Of a stretch of 64,000 nt of DNA, positions 39,601 through 53,300 are shown in pieces. Under the pieces are notes generated by a model. It had not been told where the DNA came from. It worked only from the letters and a program-made list of their open reading frames with translations, and did no database searches. Position 1 is the stretch's first letter; the number at the start of each line of letters is the position of its first letter. The position numbers and the translations under genes are program-made. This DNA comes from Auanema rhodensis. Taxonomy: Eukaryota; Animalia; Nematoda. Where the stretch lies: NCBI GenBank assembly GCA_964057225.1, contig CAXKVF010000084.1, positions 62,001-126,000 of the forward strand. The letters are read 5' to 3'.

Positions 39601-41712
39601 CATAAATTAAAGTTCACGTAAAATTCAAAGTCATGGTAACCATGCACCAATATCAATAAAAATTCGTTTTTAGACTAATATGGACATGGGGAATCTAATT
39701 TTGAAAACCGCATCTCTTTATCTTTCACGTGAAGCGAGTTACATACCAAGTGCACATCACGTGTACATTTAATTAGCATAAATTAAAGTTCACGTAAATT
39801 TCAAAGTCATGGTTACCATGCACCAATATCAATAAAAATTTGTTTTTAGACTAATATGGACATGGGGAATCTAATTTTGAAAACCGCATCTCTTTATCTT
39901 TCACGTGAAGCGAGTTACATACCAAGTGCACATCACGTGTACATTTAATTAGCATAAATTAAAGTTCACGTAAATTTCAAAGTCATGGTTACCATGAACC
40001 AATATCAATAAAAATTTGTTTTTAGACTAATATGGACATGGGGAATCTAATTTTGAAAACCGCATCTCTTTATCTTTCACGTGAAGCGAGTTACATACCA
40101 AGTGCACATCACGTGTACATTTAATTAGCATAAATTAAAGTTCACGTAAAATTCAAAGTCATGGTTACCATGCACCAATATCAATAAAAATTCGTTTTTA
40201 GACTAATATGGACATGGGGAATCTAATTTTGAAAACCGCATCTCTTTATCTTTCACGTGAAGCGAGTTACATACCAAGTGCACATCACGTGTACATTTAA
40301 TTAGCATAAATTAAAGTTCACGTAAATTTCAAAGTCATGGTTACCATGCACCAATATCAATAAAAATTTGTTTTTAGACTAATATGGACATGGGGAATCT
40401 AATTTTGAAAACCGCATCTCTTTATCTTTCACGTGGAGCGAGTTACATACCAAGTGCACATCACGTGTACATTTAATTAGCATAAATTAAAGTTCACGTA
40501 AATTTCAAAGTCATGGTTACCATGCACCAATATCAATAAAAATTTGTTTTTAGACTAATATGGACATGAGGAATCTAATTTTGAAAACCGCATCTCTTTA
40601 TCTTTCACGTGAAGCGAGTTACATACCAAGTGCACATCACGTGTACATTTAATTAGCGTAAATTAAAGTTCACGTAAATTTCAAAGTCATGGTTACCATG
40701 AACCAATATCAATAAAAATTTGTTTTTAGACTAATATGGACATGGGAAATCTAATTTTGAAAACCGCATCTCTTTATCTTTCACGTGAAGCGAGTTACAT
40801 ACCAAGTGCACATCACGTGTACATTTAATTAGCATAAATTAAAGTTCACGTAAATTTCAAAGTCATGGTTACCATGAAGCAATATCAATAAAAATTTGTT
40901 TTTAGACTAATATGGACATGGGGAATCTAATTTTGAAAACCGCATCTCTTTATCTTTTACGTGAAGCGAGTTACATACCAAGTGCACATCACGTGTACAT
41001 TTAATTAGCATAAATTAAAGTTCACGTAAATTTCAAAGTCATGGTTACCATAAACCAATATCAATAAAAATTTGTTTTTAGACTAATATGGACATGGGGA
41101 ATCTAATTTTGAAAACCGCATCTCTTTATCTTTCACGTGAAGCGAGTTACATACCAAGTGCACATCACGTGTACATTTAATTAGCATAAATTAAAGTTCA
41201 CGTAAATTTCAAAGTCATGGTTACCATGCACCAATATCAATAAAAATTTGTTTTTAGACTAATATGGACATGGGGAATCTAATTTTGAAAACCGCATCTC
41301 TTTATCTTTCACGTGAAGCGAGTTACATACCAAGTGCACATCACGTGTACATTTAATTAGCATAAATTAAAGTTCACGTAAATTTCAAAGTCATGGTTAC
41401 CATGAACCAATATCAATAAAAATTTGTTTTTAGACTAATATGGACATGGGGAATCTAATTTTGAAAACCGCATCTCTTTATCTTTCACGTGAAGCGAGTT
41501 ACATACCAAGTGCACATCACGTGTACATTTAATTAGCATAAATTAAAGTTCACGTAAATTTCAAAGTCATGGTTACCATGAACCAATATCAATAAAAATT
41601 TGTTTTTAGACTAATATGGACATGGGGAATCCAATTTTGAAAACCGCATCTCTTTATCTTTCACGTGAAGCGAGTTACATACCAAGTGCACATCACGTGT
41701 ACATTTAATTAG

Positions 41713-44700
41713 CATAAATTAAAGTTCAAGTAAATTTCAAAGTCATGGTTACCATGCACCAATATCAATAAAAATTTGTTTTAGACTAATATGGACATGG
41801 GGAATCTAATTTTGAAAACCGCATCTCTTTATCTTTCACGTGAAGCGAGTTACATACCAAGTGCACATCACGTGTACATTTAATTAGCATAAATTAAAGT
41901 TCACGTAAATTTCAAAGTCATGGTTACCATGAACCAATATCAATAAAAATTTGTTTTTAGACTAATATGGACATGGGGAATCTAATTTTGAAAACCGCAT
42001 CTCTTTATCTTTCACGTGAAGCGAGTTACATACCAAGTGCACATCACGTGTACATTTAATTAGCATAAATTAAAGTTCACGTAAATTTCAAAGTCATGGT
42101 TACCATGAACCAATATCAATAAAAATTTGTTTTTAGACTAATATGGACATGGGGAATCTAATTTTGAAAACCGCATCTCTTTATCTTTCACATGAAGCGA
42201 GTTACATACCAAGTGCACATCACGTGTACATTTAATTAGCATAAATTAAAGTTCACGTAAATTTCAAAGTCATGGTTACCATGAACCAATATCAATAAAA
42301 ATTTGTTTTTAGACTAAAATGGACATGGGGAATCTAATTTTGAAAACCGCATCTCTTTATCTTTCACGTGAAGCGAGTTACATACCAAGTGCACATCACG
42401 TGTACATTTAATTAGCATAAATTAAAGTTCACGTAAAATTCAAAGTCATGGTTACCATGCACCAATATCAATAAAAATTTGTTTTTAGACTAATATGGAC
42501 ATGGGGAATCTAATTTTGAAAACCGCATCTCTTTATCTTTCACGTAAAGCGAGTTACATACCAAGTGCACATCACGTGTACATTTAATTAGCATAAATTA
42601 AAGTTCACGTAAATTTCAAAGTCATGGTTACCATGCACCAATATCAATAAAAATTTGTTTTTAGACTAATATGGACATGGGGAATCTAATTTTGAAAACC
42701 GCATCTCTTTATCTTTCACGTGAAGCGAGTTACATACCAAGTGCACATCACGTGTACATTTAATTAGCATAAATTAAAGTTCACGTAAATTTCAAAGTCA
42801 TGGTTACCATGCACCAATATCAATAAAAATTTGTTTTAGACTAATATGGACATGGGGAATCTAATTTTGAAAACCGCATCTCTTTATCTTTCACGTGAAG
42901 CGAGTTACATACCAAGTGCACATCACGTGTACATTTAATTAGCATAAATTAAAGTTCACGTAAATTTCAAAGTCATGGTTACCATGAACCAATATCAATA
43001 AAAATTTGTTTTTAGACTAATATGGACATGGGGAATCTAATTTTGAAAACCGCATCTCTTTATCTTTCACGTGAAGCGAGTTACATACCAAGTGCACATC
43101 ACGTGTACATTTAATTAGCATAAATTAAAGTTCACGTAAATTTCAAAGTCATGGTTACCATGAACCAATATCAATAAAAATTTGTTTTTAGACTAAAATG
43201 GACATGGGTAATCTAATTTTGAAAACCGCATCTCTTTATCTTTCACGTGAAGCGAGTTACATACCAAGTGCACATCACGTGTACATTTAATTAGCATAAA
43301 TTAAAGTTCACGTAAATTTCAAAGTCATGGTTACCATGCACCAATATCAATAAAAATTTGTTTTTAGACTAATATGGACATGGGGAATCTAATTTTGAAA
43401 ACCGCATCTCTTTATCTTTCACGTGAAGCGAGTTAGATACCAAGTGCACATCACGTGTACATTTAATTAGCATAAATTAAAGTTCACGTAAATTTCAAAG
43501 TCATGGTTACCATGAACCAATATCAATAAAAATTTGTTTTTAGACTAATATGGACATGGGGAATCTAATTTTGAAAACCGCATCTCTTTATCTTTCACAT
43601 GAAGCGAGTTACATACCAAGTGCACATCACGTGTACATTTAATTAGCATAAATTAAAGTTCACGTAAATTTCAAAGTCATGGTTACCATGAACCAATATC
43701 AATAAAAATTTGTTTTTAGACTAAAATGGACATGGGGAATCTAATTTTGAAAACCGCATCTCTTTATCTTTCACGTGAAGCGAGTTACATACCAAGTGCA
43801 CATCACGTGTACATTTAATTAGCATAAATTAAAGTTCACGTAAAATTCAAAGTCATGGTTACCATGCACCAATATCAATAAAAATTTGTTTTTAGACTAA
43901 TATGGACATGGGGAATCTAATTTTGAAAACCGCATCTCTTTATCTTTCACGTAAAGCGAGTTACATACCAAGTGCACATCACGTGTACATTTAATAAGCA
44001 TAAATTAAAGTTCACGTAAATTTCAAAGTCATGGTTACCATGCACCAATATCAATAAAAATTTGTTTTTAGACTAATATGGACATGGGGAATCTAATTTT
44101 GAAAACCGCATCTCTTTATCTTTCACGTGAAGCGAGTTACATACCAAGTGCACATCACGTGTACATTTAATTAGCATAAATTAAAGTTCACGTAAATTTC
44201 AAAGTCATGGTTACCATGCACCAATATCAATAAAAATTTGTTTTAGACTAATATGGACATGGGGAATCTAATTTTGAAAACCGCATCTCTTTATCTTTCA
44301 CGTGAAGCGAGTTACATACCAAGTGCACATCACGTGTACATTTAATTAGCATAAATTAAAGTTCACGTAAATTTCAAAGTCATGGTTACCATGAACCAAT
44401 ATCAATAAAAATTTGTTTTTAGACTAATATGGACATGGGGAATCTAATTTTGAAAACCGCATCTCTTTATCTTTCACGTGAAGCGAGTTACATACCAAGT
44501 GCACATCACGTGTACATTTAATTAGCATAAATTAAAGTTCACGTAAATTTCAAAGTCATGGTTACCATGAACCAATATCAATAAAAATTTGTTTTTAGAC
44601 TAAAATGGACATGGGGAATCTAATTTTGAAAACCGCATCTCTTTATCTTTCACGTGAAGCGAGTTACATACCAAGTGCACATCACGTGTACATTTAATTA

Positions 44701-45404
44701 GCATAAATTAAAGTTCACGTAAAATTCAAAGTCATGGTTACCATGCACCAATATCAATAAAAATTTGTTTTTAGACTAATATGGACATGGGGAATCTAAT
44801 TTTGAAAACCGCATCTCTTTATCTTTCACGTGAAGCGAGTTACATATCAAGTGCACATCACGTGTACATTTAATTAGCATAAATTAAAGGTCACGTAAAA
44901 TTCAAAGTCATGGTTACCATGCACCAATATCAATAAAAATTTGTTTTTAGACTAATATGGACATGGGGAATCTAATTTTGAAAACCGCATCTCTTTATCT
45001 TTCACGTGAAGCGAGTTACATACCAAGTGCACATCACGTGTACATTTAATTAGCATAAATTAAAGTTCACGTAAATTTCAAAGTCATGGTTACCATGAAC
45101 CAATATCAATAAAAATTTGTTTTTAGACTAATATGGACATGGGGAATCTAATTTTGAAAACCGCATCTCTTTATCTTTCACGTAAAGCGAGTTACATACC
45201 AAGTGCACATCACGTGTACATTTAATTAGCATAAATTAAAGTTCACGTAAATTTCAAAGTCATGGTTACCATGCACCAATATCAATAAAAATTTGTTTTA
45301 GACTAATATGGACATGGGGAATCTAATTTTGAAAACCGCATCTCTTTATCTTTCACGTGAAGCGAGTTACATACCAAGTGCACATCACGTGTACATTTAA
45401 TTAG
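41713..45404 (+). repeat. Sub-array containing four 175-bp monomers (T5 to T4) and an 8-monomer-offset duplication
   Basis: GTTTTAGA T-runs start at 41779, 42834, 44241 and 45296; monomers from 42064 are repeated from 43471. Confidence 0.9.
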
Positions 45405-47164
45405 CATAAATTAAAGTTCACGTAAATTTCAAAGTCATGGTTACCATGAAGCAATATCAATAAAAATTTGTTTTTAGACTAATATGGACATGGGGAATCT
45501 AATTTTGAAAACCGCATCTCTTTATCTTTCACGTGAAGCGAGTTACATACCAAGTGCACATCACGTGTACATTTAATTTGCATAAATTAAAGTTCACGTA
45601 AATTTCAAAGTCATGGTTACCATGCACCAATATCAATAAAAATTTGTTTTTAGACTAATATGGACATGGGGAATCTAATTTTGAAAACCGCATCTCTTTA
45701 TCTTTCACGTGGAGCGAGTTACATACCAAGTGCACATCACGTGTACATTTAATTAGCATAAATTAAAGTTCACGTAAATTTCAAAGTCATGGTTACCATG
45801 CACCAATATCAATAAAAATTTGTTTTTAGACTAATATGGACATGGGGAATCTAATTTTGAAAACCGCATCTCTTTATCTTTCACGTGAAGCGAGTTACAT
45901 ACCAAGTGCACATCACGTGTACATTTAATTAGCGTAAATTAAAGTTCACGTAAATTTCAAAGTCATGGTTACCATGAACCAATATCAATAAAAATTTGTT
46001 TTTAGACTAATATGGACATGGGAAATCTAATTTTGAAAACCGCATCTCTTTATCTTTCACGTGAAGCGAGTTACATACCAAGTGCACATCACGTGTACAT
46101 TTAATTAGCATAAATTAAAGTTCACGTAAATTTCAAAGTCATGGTTACCATGCACCAATATCAATAAAAATTAGTTTTTAGACTAATATGGACATGGGGA
46201 ATCTAATTTTGAAAACCGCATCTCTTTATCTTTCACGTGGAGCGAGTTACATACCAAGTGCACATCACGTGTACATTTAATTAGCATAAATTAAAGTTCA
46301 CGTAAATTTCAAAGTCATGGTTACCATGAAGCAATATCAATAAAAATTTGTTTTTAGACTAATATGGACATGGGGAATCTAATTTTGAAAACCGCATCTC
46401 TTTATCTTTCACGTGAAGCGAGTTACATACCAAGTGCACATCACGTGTACATTTAATTTGCATAAATTAAAGTTCACGTAAATTTCAAAGTCATGGTTAC
46501 CATGCACCAATATCAATAAAAATTTGTTTTTAGACTAATATGGACATGGGGAATCTAATTTTGAAAACCGCATCTCTTTATCTTTCACGTGGAGCGAGTT
46601 ACATACCAAGTGCACATCACGTGTACATTTAATTAGCATAAATTAAAGTTCACGTAAATTTCAAAGTCATGGTTACCATGCACCAATATCAATAAAAATT
46701 TGTTTTTAGACTAATATGGACATGGGGAATCTAATTTTGAAAACCGCATCTCTTTATCTTTCACGTGAAGCGAGTTACATACCAAGTGCACATCACGTGT
46801 ACATTTAATTAGCGTAAATTAAAGTTCACGTAAATTTCAAAGTCATGGTTACCATGAACCAATATCAATAAAAATTTGTTTTTAGACTAATATGGACATG
46901 GGAAATCTAATTTTGAAAACCGCATCTCTTTATCTTTCACGTGAAGCGAGTTACATACCAAGTGCACATCACGTGTACATTTAATTAGCATAAATTAAAG
47001 TTCACGTAAATTTCAAAGTCATGGTTACCATGCACCAATATCAATAAAAATTAGTTTTTAGACTAATATGGACATGGGGAATCTAATTTTGAAAACCGCA
47101 TCTCTTTATCTTTCACGTGGAGCGAGTTACATACCAAGTGCACATCACGTGTACATTTAATTAG
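45405..47164 (+). repeat. 5-monomer (880 bp) tandem duplication
   Basis: 45405-46284 matches 46285-47164 (AATTTGCAT, GTGGAGCG, GCGTAAA+GGGAAAT and ATTAGTTTTT markers). Confidence 0.9.
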
Positions 47165-50100
47165 CATAAATTAAAGTTCACGTAAATTTCAAAGTCATGG
47201 TTACCATGCACCAATATCAATAAAAATTTGTTTTTAGACTAATATGGACATGGGGAATCTAATTTTGAAAACCGCATCTCTTTATCTTTCACGTGAAGCG
47301 AGTTACATACCAAGTGCACATCACGTGTACATTTAATTAGCGTAAATTAAAGTTCACGTAAATTTCAAAGTCATGGTTACCATGAACCAATATCAATAAA
47401 AATTTGTTTTTAGACTAATATGGACATGGGAAATCTAATTTTGAAAACCGCATCTCTTTATCTTTCACGTGAAGCGAGTTACATACCAAGTGCACATCAC
47501 GTGTACATTTAATTAGCATAAATTAAAGTTCACGTAAATTTCAAAGTCATGGTTACCATGAACCAATATCAATAAAAATTAGTTTTTAGACTAATATGGA
47601 CATGGGGAATCTAATTTTGAAAACCGCATCTCTTTATCTTTCACGTGAAGCGAGTTACATACCAAGTGCACATCACGTGTACATTTAATTAGCATAAATT
47701 AAAGTTCACGTAAATTTCAAAGTCATGGTTACCATGCACCAATATCAATAAAAATTTGTTTTTAGACTAATATGGACATGGGGAATCTAATTTTGAAAAC
47801 CGCATCTCTTTATCTTTCACGTGAAGCGAGTTACATACCAAGTGCACATCACGTGTACATTTAATTAGCATAAATTAAAGTTCACGTAAATTTCAAAGTC
47901 ATGGTTACCATGAACCAATATCAATAAAAATTTGTTTTTAGACTAATATGGACATGGGGAATCTAATTTTGAAAACCGCATCTCTTTATCTTTCACGTGA
48001 AGCGAGTTACATACCAAGTGCACATCACGTGTACATTTAATTAGCATAAATTAAAGTTCACGTAAATTTCAAAGTCATGGTTACCATGAAGCAATATCAA
48101 TAAAAATTTGTTTTTAGACTAATATGGACATGGGGAATCTAATTTTGAAAACCGCATCTCTTTATCTTTCACGTGAAGCGAGTTACATACCAAGTGCACA
48201 TCACGTGTACATTTAATTAGCATAAATTAAAGTTCACGTAAATTTCAAAGTCATGGTTACCATGAACCAATATCAATAAAAATTTGTTTTTAGACTAATA
48301 TGGACATGGGGAATCTAATTTTGAAAACCGCATCTCTTTATCTTTCACGTGAAGCGAGTTACATACCAAGTGCACATCACGTGTACATTTAATTAGCATA
48401 AATTAAAGTTCACGTAAATTTCAAAGTCATGGTTACCATGCACCAATATCAATAAAAATTTGTTTTTAGACTAATATGGACATGGGGAATCTAATTGTGA
48501 AAACCGCATCTCTTTATCTTTCACGTGAAGCGAGTTACATACCAAGTGCACATCACGTGTACATTTAATTAGCATAAATTAAAGTTCACGTTAATTTCAA
48601 AGTCATGGTTACCATGAAGCAATATCAATAAAAATTCGTTTTTAGACTAATATGGACATGGGGAATCTAATTTTGAAAACCGCATCTCTTTATCTTTCAA
48701 GTGAAGCGAGTTACATACCAAGTGCACATCACGTGTACATTTAATTAGCATAAATTAAAGTTCACGTAAATTTCAAAGTCATGGTTACCATGAACCAATA
48801 TCAATAAAAATTTGTTTTTAGACTAATATGGACATGGGGAATCTAATTTTGAAAACCGCATCTCTTTATCTTTCACGTGAAGCGAGTTACATACCAAGTG
48901 CACATCACGTGTACATTTAATTAGCATAAATTAAAGTTCACGTAAATTTCAAAGTCATGGTTACCATGCACCATTATCAATAAAAATTTGTTTTTAGACT
49001 AATATGGACATGGGGAATCTAATTTTGAAAACCGCATCTCTTTATCTTTCACGTGAAGCGAGTTACATACCAAGTGCACATCACGTGTACATTTAATTAG
49101 CATAAATTAAAGTTCACGTAAATTTCAAAGTCATGGTTACCATGCACCAATATCAATAAAAATTTGTTTTTAGACTAATATGGACATGGGGAATCTAATT
49201 TTGAAAACCGCATCTCTTTATCTTTCACGTGAAGCGAGTTACATACCAAGTGCACATCACGTGTACATTTAATTAGCGTAAATTAAAGTTCACGTAAATT
49301 TCAAAGTCATGGTTACCATGAACCAATATCAATAAAAATTTGTTTTTAGACTAATATGGACATGGGGAATCTAATTTTGAAAACCGCATCTCTTTATCTT
49401 TCACGTGAAGCGAGTTACATACCAAGTGCACATCACGTGTACATTTAATTAGCATAAATTAAAGTTCACGTAAATTTCAAAGTCATGGTTACTATGAACC
49501 AATATCAATAAAAATTTGTTTTTAGACTAATATGGACATGGGGAATCTAATTTTGAAAACCGCATCTCTTTATCTTTCACGTGAAGCGAGTTACATACCA
49601 AGTGCACATCACGTGTACATTTAATTAGCATAAATTAAAGTTCACGTAAATTTCAAAGTCATGGTTACCATGAACCAATATCAATAAAAATTTGTTTTTA
49701 GACTAATATGGACATGGGGAATCTAATTTTGAAAACCGCATCTCTTTATCTTTCACGTGAAGCGAGTTACATACCAAGTGCACATCACGTGTACATTTAA
49801 TTAGCATAAATTAAAGTTCACGTAAATTTCAAAGTCATGGTTACCATGAACCAATATCAATAAAAATTTGTTTTTAGACTAATATGGACATGGGGAATCT
49901 AATTTTGAAAACCGCATCTCTTTATCTTTCACGTGAAGCGAGTTACATACCAAGTGCACATCACGTGTACATTTAATTAGCATAAATTAAAGTTCACGTA
50001 AATTTCAAAGTCATGGTTACTATGAAGCAATATCAATAAAAATTTGTTTTTAGACTAATATGGACATGGGGAATCTAATTTTGAAAACCGCATCTCTTTA

Positions 50101-50332
50101 TCTTTCACGTGAAGCGAGTTACATACCAAGTGCACATCACGTGTACATTTAATTAGCATAAATTAAAGTTCACGTTAATTTCAAAGTCATGGTTACCATG
50201 AAGCAATATCAATAAAAATTTGTTTTTAGACTAATATGGACATGGGGAATCTAATTTTGAAAACCGCATCTCTTTATCTTTCAAGTGAAGCGAGTTACAT
50301 ACCAAGTGCACATCACGTGTACATTTAATTAG

Positions 50333-53300
50333 CATAAATTAAAGTTCACGTAAATTTCAAAGTCATGGTTACCATGAACCAATATCAATAAAAATTTGTT
50401 TTTAGACTAATATGGACATGGGGAATCTAATTTTGAAAACCGCATCTCTTTATCTTTCACGTGAAGCGAGTTACATACCAAGTGCACATCACGTGTACAT
50501 TTAATTAGCATAAATTAAAGTTCACGTAAATTTCAAAGTCATGGTTACCATGCACCATTATCAATAAAAATTTGTTTTTAGACTAATATGGACATGGGGA
50601 ATCTAATTTTGAAAACCGCATCTCTTTATCTTTCACGTGAAGCGAGTTACATACCAAGTGCACATCACGTGTACATTTAATTAGCATAAATTAAAGTTCA
50701 CGTAAATTTCAAAGTCATGGTTACCATGCACCAATATCAATAAAAATTTGTTTTTAGACTAATATGGACATGGGGAATCTAATTTTGAAAACCGCATCTC
50801 TTTATCTTTCAAGTGAAGCGAGTTACATACCAAGTGCACATCACGTGTACATTTAATTAGCATAAATTAAAGTTCACGTAAATTTCAAAGTCATGGTTAC
50901 CATGAACCAATATCAATAAAAATTTGTTTTTAGACTAATATGGACATGGGGAATCTAATTTTGAAAACCGCATCTCTTTATCTTTCACGTGAAGCGAGTT
51001 ACATACCAAGTGCACATCACGTGTACATTTAATTAGCATAAATTAAAGTTCACGTAAATTTCAAAGTCATGGTTACCATGCACCATTATCAATAAAAATT
51101 TGTTTTTAGACTAATATGGACATGGGGAATCTAATTTTGAAAACCGCATCTCTTTATCTTTCACGTGAAGCGAGTTACATACCAAGTGCACATCACGTGT
51201 ACATTTAATTAGCATAAATTAAAGTTCACGTAAATTTCAAAGTCATGGTTACCATGCACCAATATCAATAAAAATTTGTTTTTAGACTAATATGGACATG
51301 GGGAATCTAATTTTGAAAACCGCATCTCTTTATCTTTCACGTGAAGCGAGTTACATACCAAGTGCACATCACGTGTACATTTAATTAGCGTAAATTAAAG
51401 TTCACGTAAATTTCAAAGTCATGGTTACCATGAACCAATATCAATAAAAATTTGTTTTTAGACTAATATGGACATGGGGAATCTAATTTTGAAAACCGCA
51501 TCTCTTTATCTTTCACGTGAAGCGAGTTACATACCAAGTGCACATCACCTGTACATTTAATTAGCATAAATTAAAGTTCACGTAAATTTCAAAGTCATGG
51601 TTACCATGAAGCAATATCAATAAAAATTTGTTTTTAGACTAATATGGACATGGGGAATCTAATTTTGAAAACCGCATCTCTTTATCTTTCACGTGAAGCG
51701 AGTTACATACCAAGTGCACATCACGTGTACATTTAATTAGCATAAATTAAAGTTCACGTAAATTTCAAAGTCATGGTTACCATGAACCAATATCAATAAA
51801 AATTTGTTTTTAGACTAATATGGACATGGGGAATCTAATTTTGAAAACCGCATCTCTTTATCTTTCACGTGAAGCGAGTTACATACCAAGTGCACATCAC
51901 GTGTACATTTAATTAGCATAAATTAAAGTTCACGTAAATTTCAAAGTCATGGTTACCATGCACCAATATCAATAAAAATTTGTTTTTAGACTAATATGGA
52001 CATGGGGAATCTAATTTTGAAAACCGCATCTCTTTATCTTTCACGTGAAGCGAGTTACATACCAAGTGCACATCACGTGTACATTTAATTAGCATAAATT
52101 AAAGTTCACGTAAATTTCAAAGTCATGGTTACCATGAACCAATATCAATAAAAATTTGTTTTTAGACTAATATGGACATGGGGAATCTAATTTTGAAAAC
52201 CGCATCTCTTTATCTTTCACGTGAAGCGAGTTACATACCAAGTGCACATCACGTGTACATTTAATTAGCATAAATTAAAGTTCACGTAAATTTCAAAGTC
52301 ATGGTTACCATGAAGCAATATCAATAAAAATTTGTTTTTAGACTAATATGGACATGGGGAATCTAATTTTGAAAACCGCATCTCTTTTTCTTTCACGTGA
52401 AGCGAGTTACATACCAAGTGCACATCACGTGTACATTTAATTAGCATAAATTAAAGTTCACGTAAATTTCAAAGTCATGGTTACCATGAAGCAATATCAA
52501 TAAAAATTTGTTTTTAGACTAATATGGACATGGGGAATCTAATTTTGAAAACCGCATCTCTTTATCTTTCACGTGAAGCGAGTTACATACCAAGTGCACA
52601 TCACGTGTACATTTAATTAGCATAAATTAAAGTTCACGTAAATTTCAAAGTCATGGTTACCATGAACCAATATCAATAAAAATTTGTTTTTAGACTAATA
52701 TGGACATGGGGAATCTAATTTTGAAAACCGCATCTCTTTATCTTTCACGTGAAGCGAGTTACATACCAAGTGCACATCACGTGTACATTTAATTAGCATA
52801 AATTAAAGTTCACGTAAATTTCAAAGTCATGGTTACCATGCACCAATATCAATAAAAATTTGTTTTTAGACTAATATGGACATGGGGAATCTAATTTTGA
52901 AAACCGCATCTCTTTATCTTTCACGTGAAGCGAGTTACATACCAAGTGCACATCACGTGTACATTTAATTAGCATAAATTAAAGTTCACGTAAATTTCAA
53001 AGTCATGGTTACCATGCACCAATATCAATAAAAATTTGTTTTTAGACTAATATGGACATGAGGAATCTAATTTTGAAAACCGCATCTCTTTATCTTTCAC
53101 GTGAAGCGAGTTACATACCAAGTGCACATCACGTGTACATTTAATTAGCATAAATTAAAGTTCACGTAAATTTCAAAGTCATGGTTACCATGAAGCAATA
53201 TCAATAAAAATTTGTTTTTAGACTAATATGGACATGGGGAATCTAATTTTGAAAACCGCATCTCTTTATCTTTCACGTGAAGCGAGTTACATACCAAGTG

